DNA of 64,000 bases from Mobula hypostoma (Eukaryota), in NCBI RefSeq assembly GCF_963921235.1, contig NC_086118.1, positions 29,080,001 through 29,144,000 of the forward strand, given 5' to 3'. Positions 27,183 through 38,678 of this stretch are shown here, piece after piece. The notes beneath the pieces were generated by a model. The model did no database searches. It saw only the letters and a list, made by a program, of their open reading frames with translations, and had not been told where the DNA came from. Position numbers and translations under genes: made by a program. Every line of letters starts with the position of its first letter. The first letter of the stretch is position 1.

Positions 27183-27480
27183 CTTATTTATTCAGCAATA
27201 CAGTGCGGAGAAGGCCCTTCCAGTCCTTCGATCCACGTCACCCCAGCAACCCTGACAAACCCGATTAACCCTAATCTAATCACAGGACAATCTACAATGC
27301 CCTATTAGCCTAGCCAGTACCTCTTTGAACTCTGGAAAGAAACAGGAGCACTCAGGGAAAACCCACACATTCTACAGAGAGGACGTACAGGCTCCTTACA
27401 GAGAGCGCGGCAATTGAACGCGGAACTCTGGTACAGCTCGAGCTGCAATGGTGTCATGCAAACTGGTACGTGACTGAGGT
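27183..27480 (-). mobile_element. V-domain (HE1-like) SINE
   Basis: atacagtgcggagaaggcccttc...taatcacaggacaat...gaaacaggagcac...gaaaacccacac is the reverse complement of the copies at 39742 and 45535. Confidence 0.8.
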
Positions 27481-27810
27481 GCCCATTTTGTGATGGAAGT
27501 ACACTCTCTGGGGAATGAATGATTATGACAGAAGATGAAGAAAGCAGCTGTGATTTTTCAAGACAGAACAATGGCCTATAATGAACTAGAGAAAAAAAAA
27601 TTTCTAACTTGCTTTTCCATGAATGTTCTGCAAAAAAGCTGTGTTCATCTTTTTAAGCAAAACAGGAGACTTCTTTGTTTATATGAGTATCATTAATGTG
27701 CAATGGGGAAATATGAGAACTTCAAGCAGACTGGTTGGGAGAACAATAAAACATATCAGTCCCTATAATATAATCATATGCTTGTTCATAGAATAGAGAA
27801 ACATAGAACA

Positions 27811-28384
27811 TACACTCATTGACCACTTTATTAGATTCATCTGTACACCTGCTCGTTAATGCAAATATCTAATTGGCCAATCATGTGGCAGAAACTCATT
27901 GCATAAAAGCATGCAGACATGGTCAAGAGATTTAGTTGTTGTTCAGACCAAACATCAGAATGGGGGAAAAAAATGTGATCTAAGTGACTTGGACTGTGAA
28001 ATGATTGTTGATGCCAGAGGGAGTGGTTTGAGTATCTCAGAAACTGTTCATCTCCTGGGATTTCATGCACAACAGTCTCTAGAGTTTACAGAAAATTGTG
28101 CAGGAAAAAAAAGCATCCAGTGACAGCCGGTTCTCTGGGCAAAAATGCCGTGTTAATGAGAGAGATCAGAGGAGAATGGCCAGACTGGTTCAAGCTGATA
28201 AGGAAGGCAACAGTAACTCAAATAATCATGAGTTACAACAGTTGTGAGCAGAAGAGCATCTCTGAATGTACAATATATCAAACATTGACGTGGATGGGCT
28301 ACAGAAGCAGAAGACCATGAACATACAATCATTGACCACTTTATTGACTACAAGAGATACCTAATAAAGTGGCCACTGAGTGCA
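27811..28384 (+). mobile_element. Tc1-type non-autonomous DNA transposon (N-terminal transposase remnant, three TIR copies)
   Basis: TA plus TIR cactcattgaccactttattag at 27811; right TIR ctaataaagtggccactgagtg ending at 28382. Interior encodes GKKCDLSDLDCEMIVDARGSGLSISET and RKATVTQI...QKSISECTI...MGYRSRRP (Tc1 DNA-binding region); no DDE domain. Confidence 0.9.
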
Positions 28385-28830
28385 TAACAGTACAGCACAG
28401 TACAGGCCCTTTGGCCCACAACATTATGCTGTGCTTTTAACCTACTGCAAGATCAGTCTAACAATTCCATCCTACATAACCTTCCAACTTTTTCATCCTT
28501 CTGCCTATCTAAGAGTCTTTTATATGTGCCTAACATATCTTCCTCTAGCAGCACCACCAGCAGTTCATTCCATGCACCCACCACTCTGTGTAAAAAAACC
28601 TTCTTCTGATACCCCCCGTATACTTCCCTCTGAATCATCCTAAACTTATGCTCTCTTGTATTAGCCATTTCCCCCTGGGACCAAATCTCTGGCTATGCAT
28701 TCTGTCTATATCTCTTATCATTTTCTACGCCTCTGTCATACCACTTCAACCTCCTTTCCTCCAAAAGGAAAAGCCCCAGAATGATCAAGCATGATATATT
28801 CTCTCCAATCCAGGCAGATCTCCTCTGGAC
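28385..28830 (-). mobile_element. CR1 3' fragment; its tail at about 27787-27810 is separated by the Tc1 insertion
   Basis: ORF 28453-28668 (RVVGAWNEL, YKRLLDR); acagtacagcacagtacaggccc 3' UTR. Confidence 0.8.
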
Positions 28831-29257
28831 CCAACCTTTTTAGCTATTATGAGGGATTGCAAACATTGGCAATTTTTATTTCTATTTCAGCAAAATAGTT
28901 CAGCCAAAACAGGCCAAAAATTATCCTAGCATGTAAATAAGGTTAAATACTTCTGTTAAAACAGCAAATCGAAGAGCATTCAAGCATTTTTCTGCTATTC
29001 CAGGCAACAGTGCTTTCTGACCTCATCTGTTTGAAGTGTTTAAAAAGAGGAACCCTTTGAAATACACAGCAGCTTGATCACCTAAAGGAGGTTTGCATTT
29101 TGATGTTAGTTGATCTCAGAAGTTAATTTTACAGTCTTGTTTTGATTACTTTACCTCAGCAGAGAGATCAGGAAATGAGACGTTTAAGGCAGAACACACT
29201 ATTTGGGATTGTTATAGAAATGTCACCTAAAAGGTGACATTTCACAAATTAACATTG

Positions 29258-29444
29258 AAAAGCAAAAACACTGCAATAGTGAAATTCTAGAAATCTAAAA
29301 GTGGAGGATGCCAGAAACAACAATTTAGCTGCAGTTGTGAGGGAGAATAAAAGATAATCTTGCATTGATCTGAAAACTCGGCTCTGTTTTCCCTTCCACA
29401 GATACTGCCTGACCTGCTAGGTATTTCCAACATTGTCTGTTCTT
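29258..29444. mobile_element. Highly decayed PLE-type hairpin (older subfamily)
   Basis: Right arm ccacagatactgcctgacctgctaggtatttccaacatt and a weakly complementary left arm; flanking direct repeat aaattaaca (29246-29254 / 29445-29453). Confidence 0.5.
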
Positions 29445-29912
29445 AAATTAACAATACGTGTAAATGGTGTGCCCATTGAAAGGAACTGAATGTCTAAAAT
29501 TGTTCAGCAGTCTCTAGTGGCAACTTGCATGTTAAGTTAACCCTTACCAAGATATTGTGTCCGGTTATGATGGAGTCAGGGACACAGGGGATTGTGCTAT
29601 GTTGTACTTCCCCAGAAGAATACTAGCAATGCTGAAACTTTCTAATTTAGGTTGGACCAGGAGTTTTTTCCATATCCAGCAAAGATTCCTCAACATATCT
29701 TGAGCCAAGGGCTCTTGACTAACGTAATGGTGTTATAGACTGCTATTCTATCTTCTCCTAAATAAAAATGGGTGCATGAATCTGCCCTTTTGCCTGTTAT
29801 CAAGGAATATAAGCTGCTGCTATTTTCAAAATGCTACATTTAAACATATTCACTACATTGAAAGAATTCTCTTAGTCCATTATCCTGAGTCATCTCTCAG
29901 CCTCTCCTAGAG

Positions 29913-30350
29913 GATATAAGACCATAAGAGCGGAATTAAGCCAGTCAGCCCTTCGAGTCTGCTTCACAAGCCCACCATGGCTGATCCCGGATACCATGCA
30001 ACTCCATACACCCACCATCTCATCATATCCCCTGATGCTCTGACCGATCAGGAAATGATCAACTTCCGCAGGCTGTAGCAGAACATTCCACAAGTGCACA
30101 ACTCTCTGACTAGAAACATTCCTCCTTACCTCTATTCTAAAAGATTGCGCCTCAGTTTTGAGGCTGTGTGTTCTAGTTCTGGATACCCCCGCTGTAGGAA
30201 ACATCCTTTCCATATCCACCCTATCTAGTCCTTTCAACATTCAGTAAGTTTCAGTGAGATCCCCCCGACATTCTTCTAAATTCCAGCGTGTCCAGGCCCA
30301 AAGCTGCCAAATGCTTCTCATATGTTAACCTTTTCATTCCCAGAGTCATC
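29913..30350 (-). mobile_element. CR1 3' fragment
   Basis: ORFs 29890-30240 (LKGLDRVDMERMFP, QRVVHLWN) and 30251-30454 (LEFRRM); (ataagacc)n tail. Confidence 0.9.
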
Positions 30351-31884
30351 ATATGTGGCTGCTGGTTAAGTAGAGTTTTGAAGTTTGGCAGATTCATAAC
30401 AGAACAGTCATTTACTAATTTGACATCTGTTATTGGTTTTCTAGACTTGTTCACCTTTCATTCTTCAAATGTTTAGCCAGTGGGAACTCATGGGATTATT
30501 ACTTACTATATGCCAAGGGTTTCAGATAAATAAATTAGCACTGTTGCAAAAAGAAAGTGCTGTGCTTGGCGAAAATCTGAAACAAGAAACAAACAGGCTG
30601 AAGCCAACAGGCCAGGCAGCAACTGTGAAGAGAGAGAAAATATGCTAAGCTTTCAGCTTGGTGATGTTTCACCAGAACTTGGTTTAAAAAAAAACAAGTA
30701 TATGTGTGAAAAAAGTACATGATAATTGTGAACTCCTTATCCAAATAAAAATAAAATTTAAAAAAAAACACACACAACTAAGATGGAGAGAAAAATGGAA
30801 AGATAGGGATGGGCATCTATTGGGAGAGAATTAAAAGAAAGGTCTGTGATAAAATGCCACATGTCAAATGCTTTGATGGTACAAATAAAGGGAGGTGGTA
30901 ATCTGGCAACCATACAAGCAAAAAGCAAGTCCAGAGGAGGTTCAAAGTTCAAAGTTCAGAGTATATAATCCTGAGATTTGTCTCCTTAGTGGCTGCCCCA
31001 AAACAAAGAAACTCATTAGAACCCATTAAGAAGGAATGTGCAAACAATCAAACGTATACAAATAACATTATTCCCCAACTAAAGTTCACAAAGGTGAGTT
31101 CACAACCACAAAGCCAATCATCACTGCAGCCGGTTCAGGAGACTGTCAGTTGCAGGCTACAGCCTGCAATTTATGGTTGGAAGAAGCAGAATTAATCTAT
31201 GAAATTATTGAGCTCGAGTCCAGAGGCCATAACGTGATCTGCCAGAGGATGAGATGTTGTTCCTGAAGCTTGTGTTGAGTTTTATTGCAACATGTAGTAA
31301 GCTGAGTGCATATAGGTCAGAGTCGGCTCACAGAAATGGAATGGTCAGGAACCAAAAGTTCAAGGTCATACATCTGGAATGAATTAATGTTTTCCAAAAT
31401 GAGGTCACTCAGCCTGTGTTTGTTTTCCCCAAAGCCAAAGAGTTGGGTTGTAAGCAGTGAATGCCATATACTTAACTGGAAAAAAAGTAAGCAAATTGTC
31501 CTTTTAATTGTGGCATTTAAGGCTCTGGATGATTGGAAGGGAGGAGGTAAAAGGGCAGATGTTCTCATCACCTATGGTAAAATGGTTGCTCAGGAAGATT
31601 CCAAGGTAGAAGTTGTTGATGGTAACTGTGCAGTGACCTAAGATGCTCCGAGGTAAATTGTCCCTAAAAATTGATGGAAGGAGAGGTAATACAGTTTCAG
31701 AACTTCAGAAAGGGGAAGCTCTGACATAATTTCTCCACCAAATTCCCTTCCTTATCCTTTCGCAATTCCATTCCTTCCCAGTATTCTAATTCATTCCCCC
31801 ATTATCCCCAACGCTTATTCACCACTATACCATTTAACTGCAAGGGTCACAACACCCAATCTTTTACCTTCTCCCTTCATACCA

Positions 31885-32062
31885 TCCAATCACAAACAAG
31901 AGAAAATCTGCAAGTGCTAGAAATCCGAGCAACACACAGAAAATGCAAAAGGAACTCAGCAGACCGGACAGCATCTAGGAAAAGAGTAAAGTCGACGTTT
32001 CGGCCCAAAACATCGACTGTACTCCTTTCCTAGATGCTGCCTGGCCTGCTGAGTTCCTCCAG
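31885..32062. repeat. 178-bp direct repeat, copy 1 (short PLE hairpin)
   Basis: Identical to 32368-32545 except for one C/T difference that I could see (ccgag vs ctgag). Confidence 0.95.
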
Positions 32063-32367
32063 GTGGATTACTATTTTTTAGTATACTGTATTCACTGCTC
32101 AACAACCTGTTACTTTCTACATTCAGGACCTAACTGATTGTCCCCCCCAAACCTTCAGTCCACAAGCATGTCATAGCTTTTGTGTCCCGCTACATCTTTA
32201 CTCTCACTGCCTTCGCTTCCTATTCTCGTTTAATGAAGCTCCACATAAACTTGAACACCACCCCATGTTCCAACTCAGCACTCCAGATTGAACGATCGCT
32301 TCAGGAACATTGGATAATAATACTGTTTCTCTTCTATATACCTTTTCAAGGCTCACCTTTGTGATCC

Positions 32368-32545
32368 TCCAATCACAAACAAGAGAAAATCTGCAAGTGC
32401 TAGAAATCTGAGCAACACACAGAAAATGCAAAAGGAACTCAGCAGACCGGACAGCATCTAGGAAAAGAGTAAAGTCGACGTTTCGGCCCAAAACATCGAC
32501 TGTACTCCTTTCCTAGATGCTGCCTGGCCTGCTGAGTTCCTCCAG
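32368..32545. repeat. 178-bp direct repeat, copy 2 (short PLE hairpin)
   Basis: Tail plus antisense arm to gtcgacgtttcgg, fused to sense arm cggcccaaaacatcgactg...gagttcctccag. Confidence 0.95.
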
Positions 32546-32549
32546 CAAT

Positions 32550-32815
32550 TTAGATTAGATTAGCTTAGATTCAACTTTATCATCATTGTGCCAAGTACAG
32601 ATACAAAGCCAATGAAATGCAGTTAACATCTAACCAGAAATGCAAAGAATAGTGTTATCTACAAAATAACTGCAAGTAAAAAGTAAGTGCATCAGCACAC
32701 AAATATAAAAGTACTGAGACAGTACAATATGGGTGCAGTACTGCTTAGCGCTGTGATGTGAGGTTCAGCAGGGTCACAGCCTCAGGGAAGAAGCTCTTCC
32801 TGTGCCTGCTGGTGT
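32550..32815 (-). mobile_element. Rex1/Babar-type LINE 3' end
   Basis: (ttaga)n tail, caactttatcatcattgtgcc, cacagcctcagggaagaagctcttcctgtgcctgctggt. Confidence 0.75.
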
Positions 32816-35118
32816 CTGCTTGTGAGTCTCCACATGTTCTATCACTACATCTTTTGCATTGAACACCTTCATCCGGTTGGTTATTTTATCTCTCCTGCAA
32901 TCAACTAACACGCAATCCTTCCCAGCTGGTTTTTAGCCCTCCTCCTCACTCTTCTTTCTTTGCGTCTCCAATCTCGTTCATCTCGAAGTTGATCCATAAA
33001 ATGCCAGCAGTGCTCACTCTCCTCAGATGCTCCTCAGCTTGCTGAGAATTACAGACATTTTCTGTTTTAATTTTAAAAGCATTACTTAATTGTGCTCCTA
33101 CCATATTATACATGCAAGGAAGGTTTTGTGTATGAAACTGTCATGACTGACTGACAGTGAATTTTCAGAAATAATGAGAGTATTCTTTAGCTTTATTGAG
33201 AGAGACATAATTACCATCAGACTTGACCCCAGGTGGGAGTCTAATTGTCAATTGGGGGGAAATTTTGATGTAATTTGAGTTCAGTGACACCTGATATAGA
33301 AGAGCATATGGATTTTAATTGGACGAGTTCCCAGTTATTTACCTCTGTCAATGATTTTAAAGCCACAAGCTGGTGAGTTTCAATAAAGCAAATAGCAACC
33401 ATGATTGTGGCTCACTCACAAATCCACATGATTACATGTATTATTTTATTCATGAGACTAGACGTGGTTTCAAAGAATGTAGCCCAGAATCTTAGAACAA
33501 TTTCTCAAGTTCCAAATGAATTAAAATTTCAACAATTTTCTGTCAACTTTTCACAGTAATAGTAAAATACGATGAATAAGTGATGCCGGATAACAGGGTT
33601 TTAAGAGAAGCTCATGGTTGCGGTACGGCAAACAGATCTCCCATAGCTTCACAAGCTGTGAAAGGTACTTGCAATAGTTCACAGCCATTTTCCATTCTCA
33701 GTTTCTTCAGGAAAATATTAATCAATCCCTCGATATAATTAGCTGACCATGATTTCACGAAAATGCCTTGAAGCACTCTTGTGTGTTGCCTGTGCCTTAT
33801 CTTTGATTTTCAAAATAGGTGTTAGTGGACCAGCAAGATAACTTTGATAAAAATGTTATTGGCTAGAAAATGACATTGCATTCAATCTGGCATCTACTGC
33901 CTGGTATTCAGTATTAGATACTGATGTTATTTGTCAGTAAGTCTGAACAGCAGAGCCATTTTATAGCTGAATCTCGCCTGCAGTATCTGCACAACTGTTG
34001 TAATTGACATCTTCCATTTAACAGGTCTGTGTTCCTGCCTGCTGTTGCCTAGGAGATGAGCACGGGGCCTCAGCCAGGGATTTCTGGTAGCCTTTTGCAA
34101 TGGTTTGCTACATAATCTTTGTCCTTCAATATGTGCCAGAAAGCTGAGTAAATAATATAGCACTCCCTTTTTTCCACCATTCAGGATATTAGAACAATGG
34201 CTTTTTGCCACCACGGTGTATAGTGGCATACTAAACAGTGAAAAAAAAGATGACAATTCAAATTTTATTATTGAAGACAAATTAAATGCTATTTCTGAGG
34301 CACTGTTTGAGGCAAGTCTTGGAAGAGTGCCCATTTCACTCGGTCCATTTCAAACATATGTTTTTTTGCACTTCCCTCAGGGCACAGTGGGATTAAGAAA
34401 AAAATAAGATATAATTCTCTCTGCAGCATCGGCTTCAGCTTGCTGCTTGCCCTCCCTGTGTCAATGGATTGAGTGCTGAACCACGCTAAAGGGAAATGAG
34501 CGTGCATTGTTGGTTGACTACAATCCTGAGCGTGCTAGTGTTTTGGGATTGCCAACTGGGGCCCCTTCTTGGTTGACGTAGCTATCTGTTCCCCTCGTCA
34601 CTAAGTTCGCACTGGCACAAGGACCATTGACTATTAGAATGGCTTCTTACCCCATATAACACCACACCCAAAGAGGCGGTAAATGCAATGGAAAGAAAGT
34701 GCTGGACTATTGGGCAGGAAGTGGGGGAAGTGCAGAATGAGTCACCCACAGACTTCATCTTTCCTCTTCAGTCCTCTGCAGGGAGGGGCAGTTAACAAAA
34801 GGATAAATGTTGGTGTCCCTGTTTCATTGGTTTACACAGACAACAGTTATTTATTTACTTTATTCAAACTTGCTGATGGTAATCTTATTTACACCAATAA
34901 AAAGAACAGTGCAGATCCATCAGACAATAAATTATGTTTACAATCATTTCATGAAAAAGCTGATTAATTCAAGCTTGAGTTGAGCAGTGAATTTTTAAAC
35001 ATATGTCATAATTTCCACCCTGCCTTTTGGTATCACTGTCTAATAGAAGGGCAATGAAGCCTGCACTTTAACATCTTCCATAATGTACCCACGTATCACC
35101 TACCTTGAAAATCCTTTA

Positions 35119-35305
35119 CACGAGAAAATCCAAGCATCACAGACAAAATGCTGGAGGAACTCAGCAAGCCAGCCAGCATCTATGGAAAAGAGTAAACAGT
35201 CGACATTTCAGGCTGAAACCCTTCAGCAGGCCCGAAACGTCGACTGTTTACTCTTATCCATAGATGTTGCCTGGCCTGCTGAGTTCCTCCAGCAATTTGT
35301 GTGCA
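35119..35305. mobile_element. 187-bp PLE mini-hairpin with 14-bp TSD
   Basis: Arms acaaaatgctggaggaactcagc...cagtcgacatttc / gaaacgtcgactg...gctgagttcctccagcaatttgt. TSD ttgaaaatccttta at 35105-35118 and 35306-35319. Confidence 0.92.
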
Positions 35306-35431
35306 TTGAAAATCCTTTATCTTTTCAACAGAATCTGTTACCTAAAGTGACCTGTCCTCCCTTCGATTAATTATTTTCTGTCCCATGTCGTTTAGAAAGC
35401 TCTGGCCAAGTAAGAACAGGAAAAGGCTTGA

Positions 35432-36240
35432 CAACAACAAATACAAAATGCTGGAGGAACTCAGCAAGTCGGGCAGCATTTACAGAGATGAATGAACAGT
35501 TGACGTTTTGGGGCGAGACCATCAATGGAAAAGGAATATAAAATGAGAAGGTGAGGGGAGGGGAAGACGTATAATCTGGTAGTTAATGGGTAAAATCAGA
35601 TGAGGTGGAAGATGGGTGGGTGGGGGAGTGGGAATGAAATACAAAGCTGTGAGGTGATAGGTGGAAGCAGTAAAGGGCTGAGGAAGAAGGAACCTCATAG
35701 GAGAGGACAGTGGACCTGCAAATGAAGGGAAAGAAGAGGGGAACCAAAGGGCAGTGATGGGCAGAGGAGAAGAGTAAAGGTGAGAAGGTGATCAGAATTA
35801 GGAATAAAAGGGAGATGGGAGAGAGGAAAGTGATAACCCCTCTCTCTTTTTCTATTCCCCATTCTGGCTAACCTCTCATCCCTTCTCTTCCCCTCACCTT
35901 CCTCTGGTACTCCTCCTGCTTTTCTTCCTTCCATGGTCTACTTTCTTCTATGAAAATCCTTTTTCTTTAGTCCTTTATCTCTTCACCTATCACTCCCCCT
36001 TCATCCCCTCCTCCCCCCTCACCTGGTCTCACCTATTGTCTACCGGCTTACACTCCTTGCCCGTCATCCACCTTTTTATTCCGGCTTCTGGCCCTTCCTT
36101 TCCAGTCCTCATGAAGGATTGCCACCCAAAACGTCAACTGTTAATTCTCTTTCATAGATGCTGTCTGATTTGATGACTTACTCCAGCATTTTGTGTATGT
36201 TGCTCAAAATTTCCAAATTCTGTAGAATCTCTTTGTCTTC
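35432..36240. mobile_element. Older PLE inverted insertion of about 0.8 kb (3' UTR only)
   Basis: Purine-rich antisense arm to about 35830 and pyrimidine-rich sense arm after it; decayed hammerheads near 35497 and 36103; tail ctcaaaatttccaaattctgtagaatctc on the right only. Confidence 0.85.
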
Positions 36241-36276
36241 AGGAACAAATTTTCAACTGATTTTTTCATGCTTTTG

Positions 36277-37305
36277 GACCGTATGACCATTAGACAAAGG
36301 AGCAGAATTAGGCCATTCAGCCCATCGAGTCTACTCCACATTCTGTCACGGCTGATCCTGTATCCCAGCCAACCCAATACACCTGCCGTTTCGCCATATC
36401 CTTTGATGCCCTGACCAATCAGGAAATGATCAACATCTGCCTTAAATATATGCACGGACTTGCCTCCACCACAGTCTGTGGCAGAGCAGTCCCCAGATTT
36501 ACTACTTTCTGGCTAAAAAATTCTTCCTCACCTCTGTTCTAAAGGGTCTCCCCTCAATTTTTGAGGCTGTGCCCTCTAGTTCTGGATACCCCGCCATAGG
36601 AAACATCCTTTCCACTTCCACCCTATCTAGTCCTTTCAACATTCAGTAGGTTTCAATGTAATCCCCCACATTCTTCTAAATTCCAGTGAGTACAAGCCCA
36701 AAGCTCTTCATATGTTAACTCCTTCATTCCCGGATTCATCCTCATGAACCTCCTCTGAACTCTCTCCCATGACAACACATCCTTTCTGAGATGTGGGGCC
36801 CAAAACTGTTGACAATACTCCAAGTGCAGCCTGACTAGTGTCATATAAAGGCTCAGTGTTATCTCCTTGCTTTTATATTCTATTTCCCTCGAAATAAATG
36901 CCAACATTGCATTTGCCTTTTTTACCACAGACTCAGCCTGTAAATTAACCTTCTGGGAGTCTTGCATGAGGACTCCTAAGTCCCTTAACATCTCTGATGT
37001 TTGAAACCTCTCCCCATTTAGATAATAAATCACATTATTGTTCCATTTACCAACATTGTATTCCATCTGCCACTTTTTTGCCCATTTTTCCAATTTGTCC
37101 AAGTCCCGCTGCAATTGCATTGCTTCCTCAGCACTACCTACCCCTCCACCTATCTTCGTATCATCCACAAACTTTACCACAGAGCCATCAATTCAATTAT
37201 CTAAATCATTGACAAACAATGTGAAAAGCAGTGGTCCCGATACTGACCCCGGAGGAACACCATTAGTCACTGCCAGCTAGAAAAGGTCCCTTTTATTCCC
37301 ACTCC
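36277..37305 (-). mobile_element. CR1-clade LINE, 5'-truncated
   Basis: ORF 36653-37180 (KFVDDTKIGG, WAKKWQMEYN, LVRLHLEYC, ERVQRRF); GVPPGSVSGP upstream. Confidence 0.92.
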
Positions 37306-38074
37306 CATGTTTGCTTTTAGTATACCCACAGTTTAATCCTTTTATAGCAATGACATATTTCCTTTTCATCATAAATCTAAAAGGCAAGTCTCTTTTTTGA
37401 TGAACTACAGAAATAAATTTCATTTTTCAGACTTGACAATATCAATTACTGCATTCATCTGTACATTAACCTTAACAGAATAGAATTTCCCAAGATGTTT
37501 CATAAGAGGTTGGAAGACAATACTCATGAGCAAATGAAGAGATGTACCTGTATGTTCAAATGGTACAAAGCTTGTTCATGAGTCTGACTTTAATAAGCTA
37601 AGTAAAGAAGGAGAGAGATGGAAACTTTTATGTATGTCTAATGGCGACAACTGTCAGGTCTGATATCCATCTTTGAGTTGGAGGGATACATCATTCAAAC
37701 AGCCCCCTTGGTCTACCAAGCTCATGCCATCCATCGAGCACCCATCCACATTAACCCTACCCTAACCTATTTTATTCTCCCCAAGTCCCAGCAACTTTTC
37801 CAGATTCTACTGTAGGATTCTGAGAATAAAGCATGCAAGAGACATTTTATTTGCTGAACAAAAGCTGCAGCGCTTTACTTCCATTATGTACCAAACCAAA
37901 AGCAGTCACCTTACGCTAGTGTCGTTGCGTCAGACATCGTTTCCTAAAGTGAACACAACAACTCAATGACTGTGTTTGTGAATTATGTAGAGCAGTTCTG
38001 AGTTTGAACAAATTGTGTCATCTGTCGCTCATTTCGTGACCCCATACAACCACCTACTGACGCAGCAATGACAA

Positions 38075-38210
38075 TTTACTTGCACCCAGAGAAAACCCAC
38101 ATGGACTCAGGGAGTACGTGCAAACTCCACACTGAGCACCAAAGGTCAAGGTTCATCCTGGGTCTCTGGAGCCATGGGGCAGCAGCACATTACGTGTGCC
38201 ATTGTGTCTT
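38075..38210 (-). mobile_element. V-domain SINE fragment
   Basis: gcacccagagaaaacccac...gggagtacgtgcaaactccacac...gggtctctggagc. Confidence 0.65.
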
Positions 38211-38409
38211 CCGGTTAAATGATAGGCCTAGTGAAAGTTATGCAGACGGAAAGGCAAAGATATAGAAGGGAAACCTGAGCTAGGATTTCTCCGATTGTTA
38301 ACTTCCACGCAGTAGGTAAGTCCTCTGCCCAAAACTTATCCTGATTAATGCAACACTCACAACACGCTGGAGGAACTCAACAGGTCGGGCAGCATCTGTG
38401 GAAATGATG

Positions 38410-38445
38410 AGTCGACGTTTCGGGCCAGAACCCTTCGTCAGGACT
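38410..38445 (-). ncRNA. Minimal type I hammerhead ribozyme motif (intact core)
   Basis: Minus strand agtc-CTGACGA-a-ggg-ttctgg-ccc-GAAA-C-GTC-gact: stem I agtc/gact, stem II ggg/ccc, stem III ACGU. Confidence 0.85.
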
Positions 38446-38678
38446 GAAGAGGGAAGGGGCAGAGGCCCTATAAAGAAGGTGGGGGAGGGTTAGAAGGAGA
38501 AGGCTGGTAGGTCCAATTGTTTTTCAACTGGACCTACCAGCCTTCTCCTTCCAACCCTCCCTCACCTTCTTTATAGGGCCTCTGCCCCTTCCCTCTTCAG
38601 TCCTGATGAAGATCTACCAGGCTTCTCCTTCCAACCTTCCCCCACCTTCTTTATAGGGCCTCTGCCCCTTCCCTCTTC

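Larger units (their letters stand above)
30550..33070. mobile_element. Ancient, fragmented inverted PLE (antisense about 30550-31720, sense about 31730-33070) with younger insertions
   Basis: 31200-31600 resembles antisense GIY-YIG (gatgagatgttgttcctgaagcttgtgttg); 31800-32300 resembles sense GIY-YIG (ttctcccttcataccatcca, gtatactgtattcactgctc). Decayed termini near 30560-30680 and 33000-33068. Confidence 0.5.

Noticed and set aside
31885..32545. 178-bp direct repeats as the LTRs of a TRIM or retrozyme-like element
   Set aside because: No TG..CA ends, PBS, PPT or flanking TSD. The hammerhead is broken in both copies, and the interior is a continuation of the older PLE that begins outside the repeats.
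33927..34334. 135-aa ORF, and other ORFs in unique DNA such as 3381-3683, 46087-46383, 54259-54564 and 60219-60624, as host exons
   Set aside because: No recognisable domain, composition typical of random AT-rich ORFs, and no consistent splice structure seen. Short real exons cannot be excluded without RNA-seq.
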